Both the position numbers and the translations under genes were made by a program. Below the pieces are notes generated by a model. It did not search any database. It saw nothing but the letters and a program-made list of their open reading frames with translations, and was not told the origin of the DNA. A stretch of DNA of 32,000 nucleotides. Origin: Candidatus Saccharimonadota bacterium. GTDB lineage: Bacteria > Bacteroidota > Bacteroidia > Flavobacteriales > Blattabacteriaceae. Of this stretch, positions 16,889-26,665 are shown piece after piece (positions within the stretch are counted from its first letter, which is position 1; each line of letters starts with the position of its first letter). The stretch lies in NCBI RefSeq assembly GCF_033372575.1, contig NZ_CP104094.1, positions 52,987 through 84,986 on the forward strand, given 5' to 3'.

Positions 16889-17773
16889 ATGCATATTCAT
16901 AATATGTTAATAAAAAAAATATTAGAAATATTAAAAAAAAATAAAGAAGAAAAAAAAATAAAAGAAGAAATAAAAAAAAAGATTAATTTAAAAAAAATAA
17001 ATAGAAAAAAAATAATAAAAATAAAAAATAAAATAATAGAAATAAAAGAAAAAAAAATTTATAAAAATTATAAAAAAAAAGAAGGAAAATTAGTACGTTT
17101 AAAAGTAATAAATGTATATAATAATAAATTAATATTAACAGATAAAAATAATAATGAATTAATATTTAATAAAGATAATAATTATGATAGACAATATAAA
17201 GAGATAAAAGATATAAAAGATAAAGATATAAAAGAAAATAATTTTTTTAAAAAAAATAATTACTATTATTTTTTAGTAGAAAAAATATTTTTAAATAAAA
17301 ATAAAAAAAAAATAATAATCTTAAAAAGAAATAATAGTTTATTTGTAAAACTATTATTTAAAAAAGAAATATTAGAAATTAAAGATAATATAGTAAAAAT
17401 AAAAAAAATAGTAAGAATATCAGGTATAAAAACTATTATAGTAGTTTATTCAAAAAATAAAAATATAAATGCTGTAGGATGTTGTATAGGAATAAAAAAT
17501 ATAAGATTAAATAATATAAAAAAAGAATTAAATAATGAAATAATTGAAATATATAAATATAATAGTAATAAATTAGAATATATTAATGAGATATTTAAAA
17601 GAAAAAATATAAAAAAAATAGAAATATTTAAAAAATTAATAATATTATATTTTAATAAAGAAATAATAGGTAAAATAATAGGGAAAAAAGGTTATAATAT
17701 AAAATTATATTCATTATTATTAATGAAAAAAATAATAGTAAAGGAATATGAAGAAAGTAATAGAATTATATAA
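16889..17773 (+). CDS. nusA: Transcription elongation factor NusA (shortened, 294 aa)
   Basis: The S1-like segment is EGKLVRLKVINV. The KH regions are INAVGCCIGIKNIRLNNIKKELNNEIIEIYKYN and GKIIGKKGYNIKL. It lies directly upstream of infB, as in the canonical nusA-infB arrangement. Confidence 0.8.
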   Translation: MHIHNMLIKKILEILKKNKEEKKIKEEIKKKINLKKINRKKIIKIKNKIIEIKEKKIYKNYKKKEGKLVRLKVINVYNNKLILTDKNNNELIFNKDNNYDRQYKEIKDIKDKDIKENNFFKKNNYYYFLVEKIFLNKNKKKIIILKRNNSLFVKLLFKKEILEIKDNIVKIKKIVRISGIKTIIVVYSKNKNINAVGCCIGIKNIRLNNIKKELNNEIIEIYKYNSNKLEYINEIFKRKNIKKIEIFKKLIILYFNKEIIGKIIGKKGYNIKLYSLLLMKKIIVKEYEESNRII

Positions 17774-19451
17774 TTATCTTAATATTAATGATTTATCTTT
17801 GTTATTAAATATAAATAATAATGAAATAATAAATATATGTAAAGATTTAGGAATAATAGTAAATATAAATACAATATTAGAGAAAGAATTAATATTATTA
17901 ATAAGTGATGAATTAGGATATAAAGTAAAATTTTTAGATTCATTATTATTAAATGAAAAAGAAAAAATAAAAATATATAAAAAAAATATATATATTAAAA
18001 GATCTCCAATAGTTTCAATAATGGGTCATGTAAATCATGGGAAAACCTCATTTTTAGATTATATAAGGAAATCAAATATAAATATAATAGAAGAAGGTAA
18101 TATTACTCAACATATAGGTATATATAATGTTAATTTAAAACCAAGTATAACATTTATAGATACTCCAGGCCATGAATCATTTTTATCTATTAGGCGTATA
18201 AGTATAAAATTATCAGATATAGCGTTAATAATAATTTCATCAGAAAATGGTGTAATGGAACAAACAATAGAAGCTATTAATAATGCTAAATCAGATAATT
18301 TACCTATTATATTTGGAATTAGTAAAATAGATAAAAATAATAATATTAATAAAATAAAAGAACAATTATCAAATATTAATATTTTAGTAGATGATTGGGG
18401 AGGAGAATATTTATATCAAAAAATATCTGTTAAAACAGGATATGGAATAAATGAAATAATAAAAAAAATTTTAAATTTAACAAAAAAAAAAAAATTATTT
18501 ACAAATATAAATAAATTATGTACAGGAAAAATAATATATTCATATATAAATAAAAATAAAGGATATATAGTAAGAATATTAGTATTAGAAGGAATTTTAA
18601 AAAGAGGGTATTATATAATATCAGGTATATATTATGGAAAAATAAAAGAAATAATAGATGAAAATAATATAAATATAAATGTAGTTTATCCAGGTTTATC
18701 AGTAAATATAGTGGGATTTAATGGTGTACCGTATACAGGAGATGATTTTAAAGTATTAAAAAACGAAATAGAGATTAAACAAATAGTAATAGATAGAAAA
18801 AATATAATAAAAGAACAAGAAATAAAAATAAAAAAAAAATTATATAAAAAAAATAAAAATAAAAAAAAAAAAATAAATATAATATTAAAAGTAGATGTAG
18901 AAAATAGTTTATTAGCGATTATAGAAGAAATAAATAAATTAAATATTGATATAAATATAATAAAGAAAAAAGTAGGTAATATAAAATATTCTGATTATTT
19001 ATTAGCTAATACTTTTAATTGTATAATAATAGGTTTTAATGTAAAAAATATTATAAATAAAAAAAAAATAAATAATAAAAATATTGAAATATATAATTTT
19101 AAAGTTATTTATAATATTATAAAATTATTAATTAATAAAAATAAAAATAAAAATAAAGAAAATATAAAAATATTAGGGAAAGCAAAAGTAATAAAAATCT
19201 TTATTAAAGATAAAATATTAATTATGGGATGTAAAGTAATAAATGGAAAAATTAATAAATTTAATAAAATAAGAATTATAAGAAATAACAAAATAATATT
19301 AATAAGTGAAATAATATCAATTAAAATATTTAATAAAAATGTTAATGAAGTAAAAAAAAATAATGAATTTGGATTAATTATAAATAATAAAGAAGAAATA
19401 AAAGTAAATGATATAATAGAGAATATAATAGTAAATAATAAAAATATATAA
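17748..19451 (+). CDS. infB: Translation initiation factor IF-2 (short N-terminus)
   Basis: 567 aa. Motifs: RSPIVSIMGHVNHGKTSFLDYIR, DTPGHESF and SKID. It overlaps the nusA end by 26 nt. Confidence 0.92.
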   Translation: MKKVIELYNYLNINDLSLLLNINNNEIINICKDLGIIVNINTILEKELILLISDELGYKVKFLDSLLLNEKEKIKIYKKNIYIKRSPIVSIMGHVNHGKTSFLDYIRKSNINIIEEGNITQHIGIYNVNLKPSITFIDTPGHESFLSIRRISIKLSDIALIIISSENGVMEQTIEAINNAKSDNLPIIFGISKIDKNNNINKIKEQLSNINILVDDWGGEYLYQKISVKTGYGINEIIKKILNLTKKKKLFTNINKLCTGKIIYSYINKNKGYIVRILVLEGILKRGYYIISGIYYGKIKEIIDENNININVVYPGLSVNIVGFNGVPYTGDDFKVLKNEIEIKQIVIDRKNIIKEQEIKIKKKLYKKNKNKKKKINIILKVDVENSLLAIIEEINKLNIDINIIKKKVGNIKYSDYLLANTFNCIIIGFNVKNIINKKKINNKNIEIYNFKVIYNIIKLLINKNKNKNKENIKILGKAKVIKIFIKDKILIMGCKVINGKINKFNKIRIIRNNKIILISEIISIKIFNKNVNEVKKNNEFGLIINNKEEIKVNDIIENIIVNNKNI

Positions 19452-19493
19452 AATAAATGCATACCTAATAATTTTTAATAAAAATTATTTTTT

Positions 19494-20582
19494 ATGAATA
19501 AAGTATTAGTAATTAATGTAATTAATAAAATTATTAAAATAGCTTTATTAAAAAAAAATAAATTATTAGAATATAGGGAATATAAATATAAAAAATTATT
19601 ATCAGTAGGTGATATATTTAATGGAAAAATAAATTATATATCAAAAGGGATGAAGGTAGCATTTATAGATATAGGATATAAAAAATATGGAATTTTACAT
19701 TTTGAAGATTTATTAAAAAAAAATGAATTAAAAAAAAATGAATTAAAAATAGGTAATAATATATTGGTACAAATATTAAAAACACCAATAAATGATAAAG
19801 GACCTAAATTAACAAGTAAAATAAAAATAATAGGTAAATATATAATATTAATACCTAAATTAAAAAAAATTTTAATATCAAGAAAAATAAAAAATAATAA
19901 TATTATAAAAACAATAATAGATAAAGTAGAAAATAAGAAAAAATATGGAATAATAATAAGAACATTATGTAAAAAAAATAATATAAAGGTAATAAAAAAT
20001 GAAATAAAATATTTAAAAATAAAAAATAATTTAATAAAAAAAAATAATAAAAATAATAAAAAATATACAAATAATAATATTTTAAATTATATATTAAAAG
20101 AAAAAAAAATAATAATATGTAATAATTTAAGTTTATATAAAAAAATAATTAATTATTTAAATTTAAATAATAATAATAAAATTAAATTATATAATAGTAA
20201 TATACCAATATTTAAAAAATATGGAATTGAATTACAAAAAAAAATATTATTAGGTAAAAAAGTATATTTATTAGATGGATCTAATTTGATAATAGAAAAA
20301 ACAGAAGCATTAAATGTAATAGATATAAATAGTAATATGATAAGAAATAATAAAAATTCATTATTAGAAATAAATTTAATTGCAATTAAGGAAATAATAA
20401 GACAAATAAAATTAAGAAATATGGCAGGTATAATAATAATAGATTGTATAAATATGAAAAAAAAAAAATATAATAATATAATATATGAATATTTAAAAAA
20501 AAATATAATTGAAGATAATATTATATTACCTCCTAATAAATTAAATATTATTCAAATAATTTTAAATAAAAAAAGTATTTAA
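19494..20582 (+). CDS. rng: Rne/Rng-family ribonuclease (RNase G-like, C-terminally short)
   Basis: 362 aa. It has an S1 domain (VGDIFNGKINYISKGMKVAFIDIGYKKYGILHFEDL) and a catalytic-core-like segment (EKTEALNVIDINS...NLIAIKEIIRQIKLRNMAGIIIIDCI). Confidence 0.8.
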   Translation: MNKVLVINVINKIIKIALLKKNKLLEYREYKYKKLLSVGDIFNGKINYISKGMKVAFIDIGYKKYGILHFEDLLKKNELKKNELKIGNNILVQILKTPINDKGPKLTSKIKIIGKYIILIPKLKKILISRKIKNNNIIKTIIDKVENKKKYGIIIRTLCKKNNIKVIKNEIKYLKIKNNLIKKNNKNNKKYTNNNILNYILKEKKIIICNNLSLYKKIINYLNLNNNNKIKLYNSNIPIFKKYGIELQKKILLGKKVYLLDGSNLIIEKTEALNVIDINSNMIRNNKNSLLEINLIAIKEIIRQIKLRNMAGIIIIDCINMKKKKYNNIIYEYLKKNIIEDNIILPPNKLNIIQIILNKKSI

Positions 20583-20585
20583 AAG

Positions 20586-20671
20586 GCGGATGTGGTGAAA
20601 AGGTAAACACGCTAGATTTAGGATCTAGTTCTATATTAATAGAATTAAGGGTTCAAATCCCTTCATCCGCA
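20586..20671 (+). tRNA. tRNA-Leu (anticodon UAG), long variable arm
   Basis: GCGGATGTGGTGAAAAGGTAAACACGCTAGATTTAGGATCTAG...AAGGGTTCAAATCCCTTCATCCGCA. The anticodon stem is CTAGA/TCTAG and the loop is TT-TAG-GA. Confidence 0.9.
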
Positions 20672-20687
20672 TAAAAAATTTTTAAAA

Positions 20688-22073
20688 GTGTTAAATAATT
20701 ATTATATATCTAGGAAAGATACTATAACAGCAATATCAACTCCATTAGGAACAGGAGCAATATCAATAATTAGAATATCAGGAAAAAAATCAATAAAAAT
20801 TATAAAAAAAATTTTTTATAAAAAAAAAATAAAATATAATAAAGTAAATATAGGAATTATTTATGATAAAAAAGAAATAATTGATCAAGTAATAATTATA
20901 ATTTATAAAAAACCAAATTCTTATACTGGAGAAAATTTAGTAGAAATAAATTGTCATGGATCAAATTATATACAAAAAAAAATAATAAATATAATAATAA
21001 AAAATGGAGGTAGATTAGCAAAAAATGGAGAATTTACTTTTAGAGCATTTTTAAATAAAAAAATAGATTTATTACAAGCAGAATCAATATATGATTTAAT
21101 AAACTCTGAAAATAAAATTTATCATGATATAGCAATAAATAATTTAATATATAATAAATTATCAAAAAATATATTAAAAATACAAAATAGTATATTAGAT
21201 ATATTATCTTATATAGAAATTAGTTTAGATTTTTCAGAAGAAGATATAACAATTGATAAAAAAAAAATATATAATAAAATAATATATATAGAAAATAAAA
21301 TAAAAAATTTAATAGAATCTTATAATATTAATAATATAATAAAAGAAGGATTAAATATTTCTATTATTGGACCAGTAAATTCAGGAAAATCTACATTAAT
21401 GAATGTATTAATTAAAGAAGATAAATCTATAATATCTAATATTCCAGGTACTACAAGAGATATAGTAGAAGGTAAAATAATAATTGATAATTTAAATTTA
21501 AATTTATTTGATACTGCAGGTATAAGAAAAACTAATTCAAAAATAGAAAAAATAGGAATTAAAAAAACATTTAAAAAAATTAATGATACTAATATAATTT
21601 TATATGTATTTGATATTTTAAAATTAAAAAATTATTTAAAATTTAAAGAAAAAATAAAATATTTAAAAAAGAAAATATTTAAAAAAAAAAAAGTATTATT
21701 AATAGCTAATAAAATAGATAAAAATAATATTAATTTAAAAAAAAAAAAAATTATAAATTATAATATTATTTTTATATCAGCAAAAAAAAAGAAAGGAATA
21801 AAAAAAATATATAAATATTTATATAAAATTATACCAAAAAAACAAATAAGAAATAATATTTTTATAAATAATTTAAGACATTATGAAGAATTAAAAAAAA
21901 GTTTAAAATATATTAAAAAATTTAAAAAAGATTATTTAAATAAAATTCCTTATGAATTTATTACAATAGATTTAAAATTATCTTTAAAACATTTATATTA
22001 TATAAATGGTTATAATTTAACTTCTAATGAAATATTAGAAAATATTTTTTCTAAATTTTGTATAGGTAAATAA
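20688..22073 (+). CDS. mnmE: tRNA modification GTPase MnmE (TrmE)
   Basis: 461 aa with an apparent GTG start. Motifs: DTITAISTPLGTGAISIIRISG, GPVNSGKST, DTAGIR, and the C-terminal FCIGK (the C-[ILV]-GK motif). Confidence 0.92.
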   Translation: MLNNYYISRKDTITAISTPLGTGAISIIRISGKKSIKIIKKIFYKKKIKYNKVNIGIIYDKKEIIDQVIIIIYKKPNSYTGENLVEINCHGSNYIQKKIINIIIKNGGRLAKNGEFTFRAFLNKKIDLLQAESIYDLINSENKIYHDIAINNLIYNKLSKNILKIQNSILDILSYIEISLDFSEEDITIDKKKIYNKIIYIENKIKNLIESYNINNIIKEGLNISIIGPVNSGKSTLMNVLIKEDKSIISNIPGTTRDIVEGKIIIDNLNLNLFDTAGIRKTNSKIEKIGIKKTFKKINDTNIILYVFDILKLKNYLKFKEKIKYLKKKIFKKKKVLLIANKIDKNNINLKKKKIINYNIIFISAKKKKGIKKIYKYLYKIIPKKQIRNNIFINNLRHYEELKKSLKYIKKFKKDYLNKIPYEFITIDLKLSLKHLYYINGYNLTSNEILENIFSKFCIGK

Positions 22074-22076
22074 TTA

Positions 22077-23606
22077 TTATTTATAATAATTAAAAATAAT
22101 TTTTTTAAAATAATTAATACGAAAAATAATTTGTTTATAATTTAATATATTTAATATATCTAATAAATAAATTCCTTTTAATTCACCAATAATTAATATT
22201 CTTATAATTTTTAAAATTAAATAATAATCATTATTATTATTTTGTAATTTTTTAAATAATAAAATAATTTTATTTTTATTATGATTTTTTTTTAAAAAAA
22301 TATTTATTTTAAAAAATAAATTAATAATTTTTTTTTTATTATAAATAATATATTTTTTAATTTTTAAAGGAATATAAAATTTTTTTGGTCTAATAAAAAA
22401 ATAATAACAATTATACCATATATCATTAATATTTATTAATTTAATTCTATTAATTATTAAATTAATAATTGTATTAAGTAGTTTATCATTATAATAATGA
22501 TAAATTTTATTAAAAATTAAATATTTTTTTAATAAAATTAATATTTTTTTATTATTATTATTAATATATTTTTTATTTATCCAACATGATTTTTTAAAAT
22601 TTAAATGTACATCAGATTTATTAATATCTTTTAATGTAAATAATTTAATAATAGTATTGATATTTAAAATTTCATTGTTAATTTTTGGTTTCCAACCTAA
22701 TAAAGCTATTATATTAATTAATGATTCAGGTAATATACCTAATTCTTCGTAACTATTTTTAATCTTTATATTTTTATATTTAGATTTAATAGGGTAAATA
22801 GGGTTATTATTATTATTAAAATTTCTTTTACTTATTTTACCTTTATTATTTAAAAGTAATGGTAAATGAACAAATTTAGGTATTTTCCAATTTAAATAAT
22901 TATATATAATAATATGTAAAGGAGTAGATGATAACCACTCTTTCCCTCTAATTACATGTGTAATATTCATTAAATGATCATCTATAACGTTAGCAAAATG
23001 ATAAGTAGGAGTTTTATTAGATCTATAAATAATTTTATCATCTAATTGATTAGAATTAATAGTAATTTTTCCATAGATTTTATCATAAAATGTAATTTGT
23101 TTATTATAAGGTGTTTTTAATCTAATTACATATTTATTTTTTTTAATTAATTTAGTTAGTTTTTTATTATTAATATTTAATGAATTATTCAAATTTTTTC
23201 TAGTTAAACTATTATAAATAAAATTTTTATATTTTTTTTTATATAATTTTAATTTGTTTTTTTTATCAAAAGCGTAATAAGCTAATTTATTTTTAATTAA
23301 TTTATTTATATATTTTTTATATATTTTTAAACGTTTAGATTGAATATAAGGTTTATATTTTCCTTTCTTTCCATAACCTTCATCATAATTTATATTACAC
23401 CATTTTAATGAATCTATTAAATAATTAATAGAATTTTTTATAAATCTTTTTTTATCAGTATCATCAATTCTTAATATAAATTTTCCATTATTTTTTTTAG
23501 CATATATATAATTATATAAAGCTGTTCTTAAACCTCCAATGTGTAATGGGCCTGTTGGACTAGGGGCAAATCTTACTCTAATAATTTTATTAAATTTATT
23601 TTTCAT
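22077..23606 (-). CDS. gltX: Glutamyl-tRNA synthetase
   Basis: 509 aa. Motifs: VRFAPSPTGPLHIGGLRTALYNY, VIRGKEWLSSTP and KISKR. Confidence 0.92.
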   Translation of the reverse strand: MKNKFNKIIRVRFAPSPTGPLHIGGLRTALYNYIYAKKNNGKFILRIDDTDKKRFIKNSINYLIDSLKWCNINYDEGYGKKGKYKPYIQSKRLKIYKKYINKLIKNKLAYYAFDKKNKLKLYKKKYKNFIYNSLTRKNLNNSLNINNKKLTKLIKKNKYVIRLKTPYNKQITFYDKIYGKITINSNQLDDKIIYRSNKTPTYHFANVIDDHLMNITHVIRGKEWLSSTPLHIIIYNYLNWKIPKFVHLPLLLNNKGKISKRNFNNNNNPIYPIKSKYKNIKIKNSYEELGILPESLINIIALLGWKPKINNEILNINTIIKLFTLKDINKSDVHLNFKKSCWINKKYINNNNKKILILLKKYLIFNKIYHYYNDKLLNTIINLIINRIKLININDIWYNCYYFFIRPKKFYIPLKIKKYIIYNKKKIINLFFKINIFLKKNHNKNKIILLFKKLQNNNNDYYLILKIIRILIIGELKGIYLLDILNILNYKQIIFRINYFKKIIFNYYK

Positions 23607-23634
23607 ATATTAATAATAAAAATAAATTAATAAT

Positions 23635-23705
23635 GGCACTATGGCCGAGAGGTTAGGCAAGGGTCTGCAAAACCTTTTACAGTAGTTCGAATCTACTTAG
23701 TGCCT
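23635..23705 (+). tRNA. tRNA-Cys (anticodon GCA), U73 discriminator
   Basis: GGCACTATGGCCGAGAGGTTAGGCAAGGGTCTGCAAAACCTTTTACAGTAGTTCGAATCTACTTAGTGCCT. The anticodon loop is CT-GCA-AA and the acceptor is GGCACTA/TAGTGCC. Confidence 0.88.
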
Positions 23706-24358
23706 TATAAATATTTTATTTTTTTTATAAATTGGTTTAATTTTCTCCATTTTATAATATTTTTATGATTACCTGATAATAATATATTAGGTACTTTCAT
23801 ATTTTTAAATTTATATGGTCTAGTATATAAAGGATATTCATAATCATAATTATTTTTATAAAATGAATCAGTAAATGCAGATTTTATATTACCCAATACA
23901 CCAGGAATTAATCTAATTATTGAATCAATTACTACTAAAGTAGAGATTTCTCCATTTGATAATACATAATTACCAATTGAATATTCTTTTGTAATTATAA
24001 AATCTCTAATTCTTTGATCAATTCCTTTATAATGTCCACAAATAAATAATATATTATTTAATTTAGATAATTTTATAGCTATTTGTTGATTAAATAATTT
24101 AGCATCAGGAGTTAAAAAAATAATTTCATTAAAATTAATATTTAATTTATTAATACAATTATATATAGGTTCAATTTTTAGGATCATTCCATGTCCTCCA
24201 CCATATGGATAATCATCAATTTTATTACCTATAACATAATTTTTTAAATTATGTATTTTAAATTTTAAAATTTTTTTTTTTATAGCTTTTTTAATAATTG
24301 GATAAGATAAAAAATTTATCCAAAATTGTGGAAATAAAGTAATAATATTAATAAACAT
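23705..24358 (-). CDS. trmD: tRNA (guanine37-N1)-methyltransferase TrmD
   Basis: 217 aa. Motifs: MFINIITLFPQF, DDYPYGGGHGMIL, CGHYKGIDQR and SIGNYVLSNGE. Confidence 0.92.
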   Translation of the reverse strand: MFINIITLFPQFWINFLSYPIIKKAIKKKILKFKIHNLKNYVIGNKIDDYPYGGGHGMILKIEPIYNCINKLNINFNEIIFLTPDAKLFNQQIAIKLSKLNNILFICGHYKGIDQRIRDFIITKEYSIGNYVLSNGEISTLVVIDSIIRLIPGVLGNIKSAFTDSFYKNNYDYEYPLYTRPYKFKNMKVPNILLSGNHKNIIKWRKLNQFIKKIKYL

Positions 24359-24373
24359 TAAACAAATAAAAAA

Positions 24374-24447
<74 letters not shown>

Positions 24448-24501
24448 ATATTAATAATTAATATAATGAATTATTAATTAATAATAATATAATTAAAATT
24501 A

Positions 24502-25286
24502 TTAATAAATATATAAATTAAAAATAAAACCAATATGATTAATAATATTTAAAACATAATTATTGTTAAATATTAAATATTGGCCTTTTATACCTTTTAA
24601 TTTAAGAGTAATATTTTTAATTTTATTTAATTTTATTATTTTAATAATTTTTGGATATTTAATAATTGGATAGTTAAAATAAAATATTTTATTATTATTA
24701 ATAATGTATTTATAATAATTAGTTTTAATTAAAATATTAATAATTTTTTTTTTAATTTTTAAAATATTAATTTTTTTTTTAAATTTATTAGTTAACATTA
24801 TTCTGAAATTAGTTTTATCCGATATATATTGTTTTACTATTTTTTCTATTACACCAGCTATATATCTATTAGGAGTATAAGCAATTATAATAGCTTTAAT
24901 TGCTCCTTGATCCATTAATCTATTGATAAAATTTGATTTTATAGTTACACCTATTTTAAAATTACTTGTAAATGATAAATAAACTATATGTTTTTTAAAT
25001 TCGAAATTATTAATTTTATTATTATTATTTGATGAACATAAAATAGGATTAAATATTTTAATATTAAATATTTTGATAAAATAACAGTTTTTACAATATC
25101 CATTTCTAAAAATATTTTTTTTTTACATAATAAACAATTATTATTTAAAAATTTAAATATAAAATATTTATTAATATAATTATTTAATAATAATAATTTA
25201 TTATTTATGTTTAAATAATATAATAAAGTATAATTATATTTTATTAATAATTTATCTAAAATTATAATTTTTTTAAATTTTAACAT
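24502..25286 (-). pseudogene. DUF2797-family protein, split by a frameshift within an A10 tract (plus-strand T-run 25115-25124)
   Basis: The two track ORFs (24502-24915 and 24984-25298) plus my manual extension of the downstream frame give ...FKFLNNNCLLCKKK / (K)KNIFRNGYCKNCYF...FKIGVTIKSNFINRLMDQGAIKAIIIAYTPNRYIAGVIEKIVKQYISDKTNFRIML...LKGIKGQYLIFNNNYVLNI. This matches my recollection of DUF2797 (C.NC...GFCKSCFF...VKVGVTR...RWIDQGA...PNRYLAG..E...SDKT.WR.ML...GIKGQYLIF). The likely start is the ATG at 25284-25286, because the track's TTG start lies inside tRNA-Asn. Confidence 0.8.
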
Positions 25287-25290
25287 AATA

Positions 25291-25363
25291 CTCCTCAAGC
25301 TGGATTCGAACCAGCTACCTTCTGATTAACAGTCAGATGCTCTACCTGATGAGCTATTGAGGA
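25291..25363 (-). tRNA. tRNA-Asn (anticodon GUU)
   Basis: The reverse complement is TCCTCAATAGCTCATCAGGTAGAGCATCTGACTGTTAATCAGAAGGTAGCTGGTTCGAATCCAGCTTGAGGAG. The anticodon loop is CT-GTT-AA. Confidence 0.9.
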
Positions 25364-25407
25364 AAATTAATTTAATAATATATTAATAATATATTAAAAA
25401 TATAATA

Positions 25408-26640
25408 ATGAAAAAAATAGAATTATTATCACCAGTTGGTAATTATGATAGTTTATATGCCGCTATAGAATCAGGAGCTGATTCAATTTATTATGGTATA
25501 GAACAATTAAATATGAGAGCTAGTAAAATTAATTTTACTATAAAAGATATTAAAAAAATAAATGAAATATGTAAAAAAAAAAGAATAAGAAAATATTTAA
25601 CATTAAATACTATAATATATGATCATGATATCAATATGGTAAAAAGAATTTTATATGAAGCAAAAGAATATAAAATAGATGCAATAATAGCAATGGATAG
25701 TTTCGTTATAAAATATTCTAATAAATTAAAATTACCAATTCATATTTCTACTCAATTAAATATAACTAATTTTGAATCATTAAAATTTTATTCAAAATAT
25801 TCAGATGTATTTGTATTAAGTAGAGAATTAAATTTGAATCAAATAAAATATATAACTAATAAGATAAATATATATAATTTAAAAGGATTTTCAAAAAAAA
25901 AAATAAAAATAGAAATATTTTGTCATGGGTCTTTATGTATGGCAATATCAGGAAAATGTTATTTAAGTTTACATACATATAATTCATCAGCAAATAGAGG
26001 AGTATGTAAACAAAATTGTAGAAGAAAATATTTAGTAAAAGATAAAGATTCAAATATAGAATTGGAAGTAGATAATGAATATATAATGTCTTCTAAGGAT
26101 TTGTGTACAATAAATTTTTTAGATAAAATAATTGATTCAGGGGTAAGTATATTAAAAATAGAAGGAAGAAATAAATCACCAGAATATATAAGTAAATGTA
26201 CTAAATATTATAAAGAAGCTATAAAATCTATATATAATAAAACTTATAATAAAGAAAAAATATTAAGATGGATAAATGAATTAAAAAAAGTATATAATCG
26301 TGGTTTTTGGAGTGGATATTATTTAGGGGAAAAAATAGGACAATGGAATAATTGTTATGGTTCAAAAGCAATAAAAAAAAAAATATTTATAGGATTTGTA
26401 AAAAAATATTATAATAAAAAAAAAATAATGGAAATTGAAGTAAAATCTAATAATATAAAAAAAAAAGATAAAATATTAATTATAGGTAATAATTTGGGGG
26501 TAAAAGAAATAGAAATAAAATTATTAAAAAATGAAAATAAAGAAATAAAAAATAAAATAAAAAAAGGTAATATATGTACTACTTATGTACCTTTTAAAGT
26601 ATTTAAAAATAATAAAATATATAAAATTATAAATAAATAA
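25408..26640 (+). CDS. Peptidase-U32-family protein (PrtC/YegQ-like; likely an Fe-S RNA hydroxylation-type enzyme rather than a protease)
   Basis: 410 aa. Motifs: KIELLSPVGNYDSLYAAIESGADSIYYG, the Cys cluster HGSLCMAISGKCYLS...SANRGVCKQNCRRKY, and ILKIEGRNKSPEY. Confidence 0.85.
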   Translation: MKKIELLSPVGNYDSLYAAIESGADSIYYGIEQLNMRASKINFTIKDIKKINEICKKKRIRKYLTLNTIIYDHDINMVKRILYEAKEYKIDAIIAMDSFVIKYSNKLKLPIHISTQLNITNFESLKFYSKYSDVFVLSRELNLNQIKYITNKINIYNLKGFSKKKIKIEIFCHGSLCMAISGKCYLSLHTYNSSANRGVCKQNCRRKYLVKDKDSNIELEVDNEYIMSSKDLCTINFLDKIIDSGVSILKIEGRNKSPEYISKCTKYYKEAIKSIYNKTYNKEKILRWINELKKVYNRGFWSGYYLGEKIGQWNNCYGSKAIKKKIFIGFVKKYYNKKKIMEIEVKSNNIKKKDKILIIGNNLGVKEIEIKLLKNENKEIKNKIKKGNICTTYVPFKVFKNNKIYKIINK

Positions 26641-26665
26641 ATGTATTTATAAAAGTTAATTAATA

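Noticed and set aside
19109-19462. 117-aa minus-strand ORF from the track
   Set aside because: It is antisense to the conserved infB C-terminus. It is the hydrophobic low-complexity artefact typical of AT-rich antisense frames.
19725-19750. Duplicated AAAAAAAATGAATTA (KKNELKKNEL) inside rng
   Set aside because: It has only two copies and stays in frame. It is indistinguishable from ordinary low-complexity duplication and is not separately interesting.
25856-26053. 65-aa minus-strand ORF from the track
   Set aside because: It is antisense within the U32-family gene, across that gene's conserved Cys cluster. It has no independent support.
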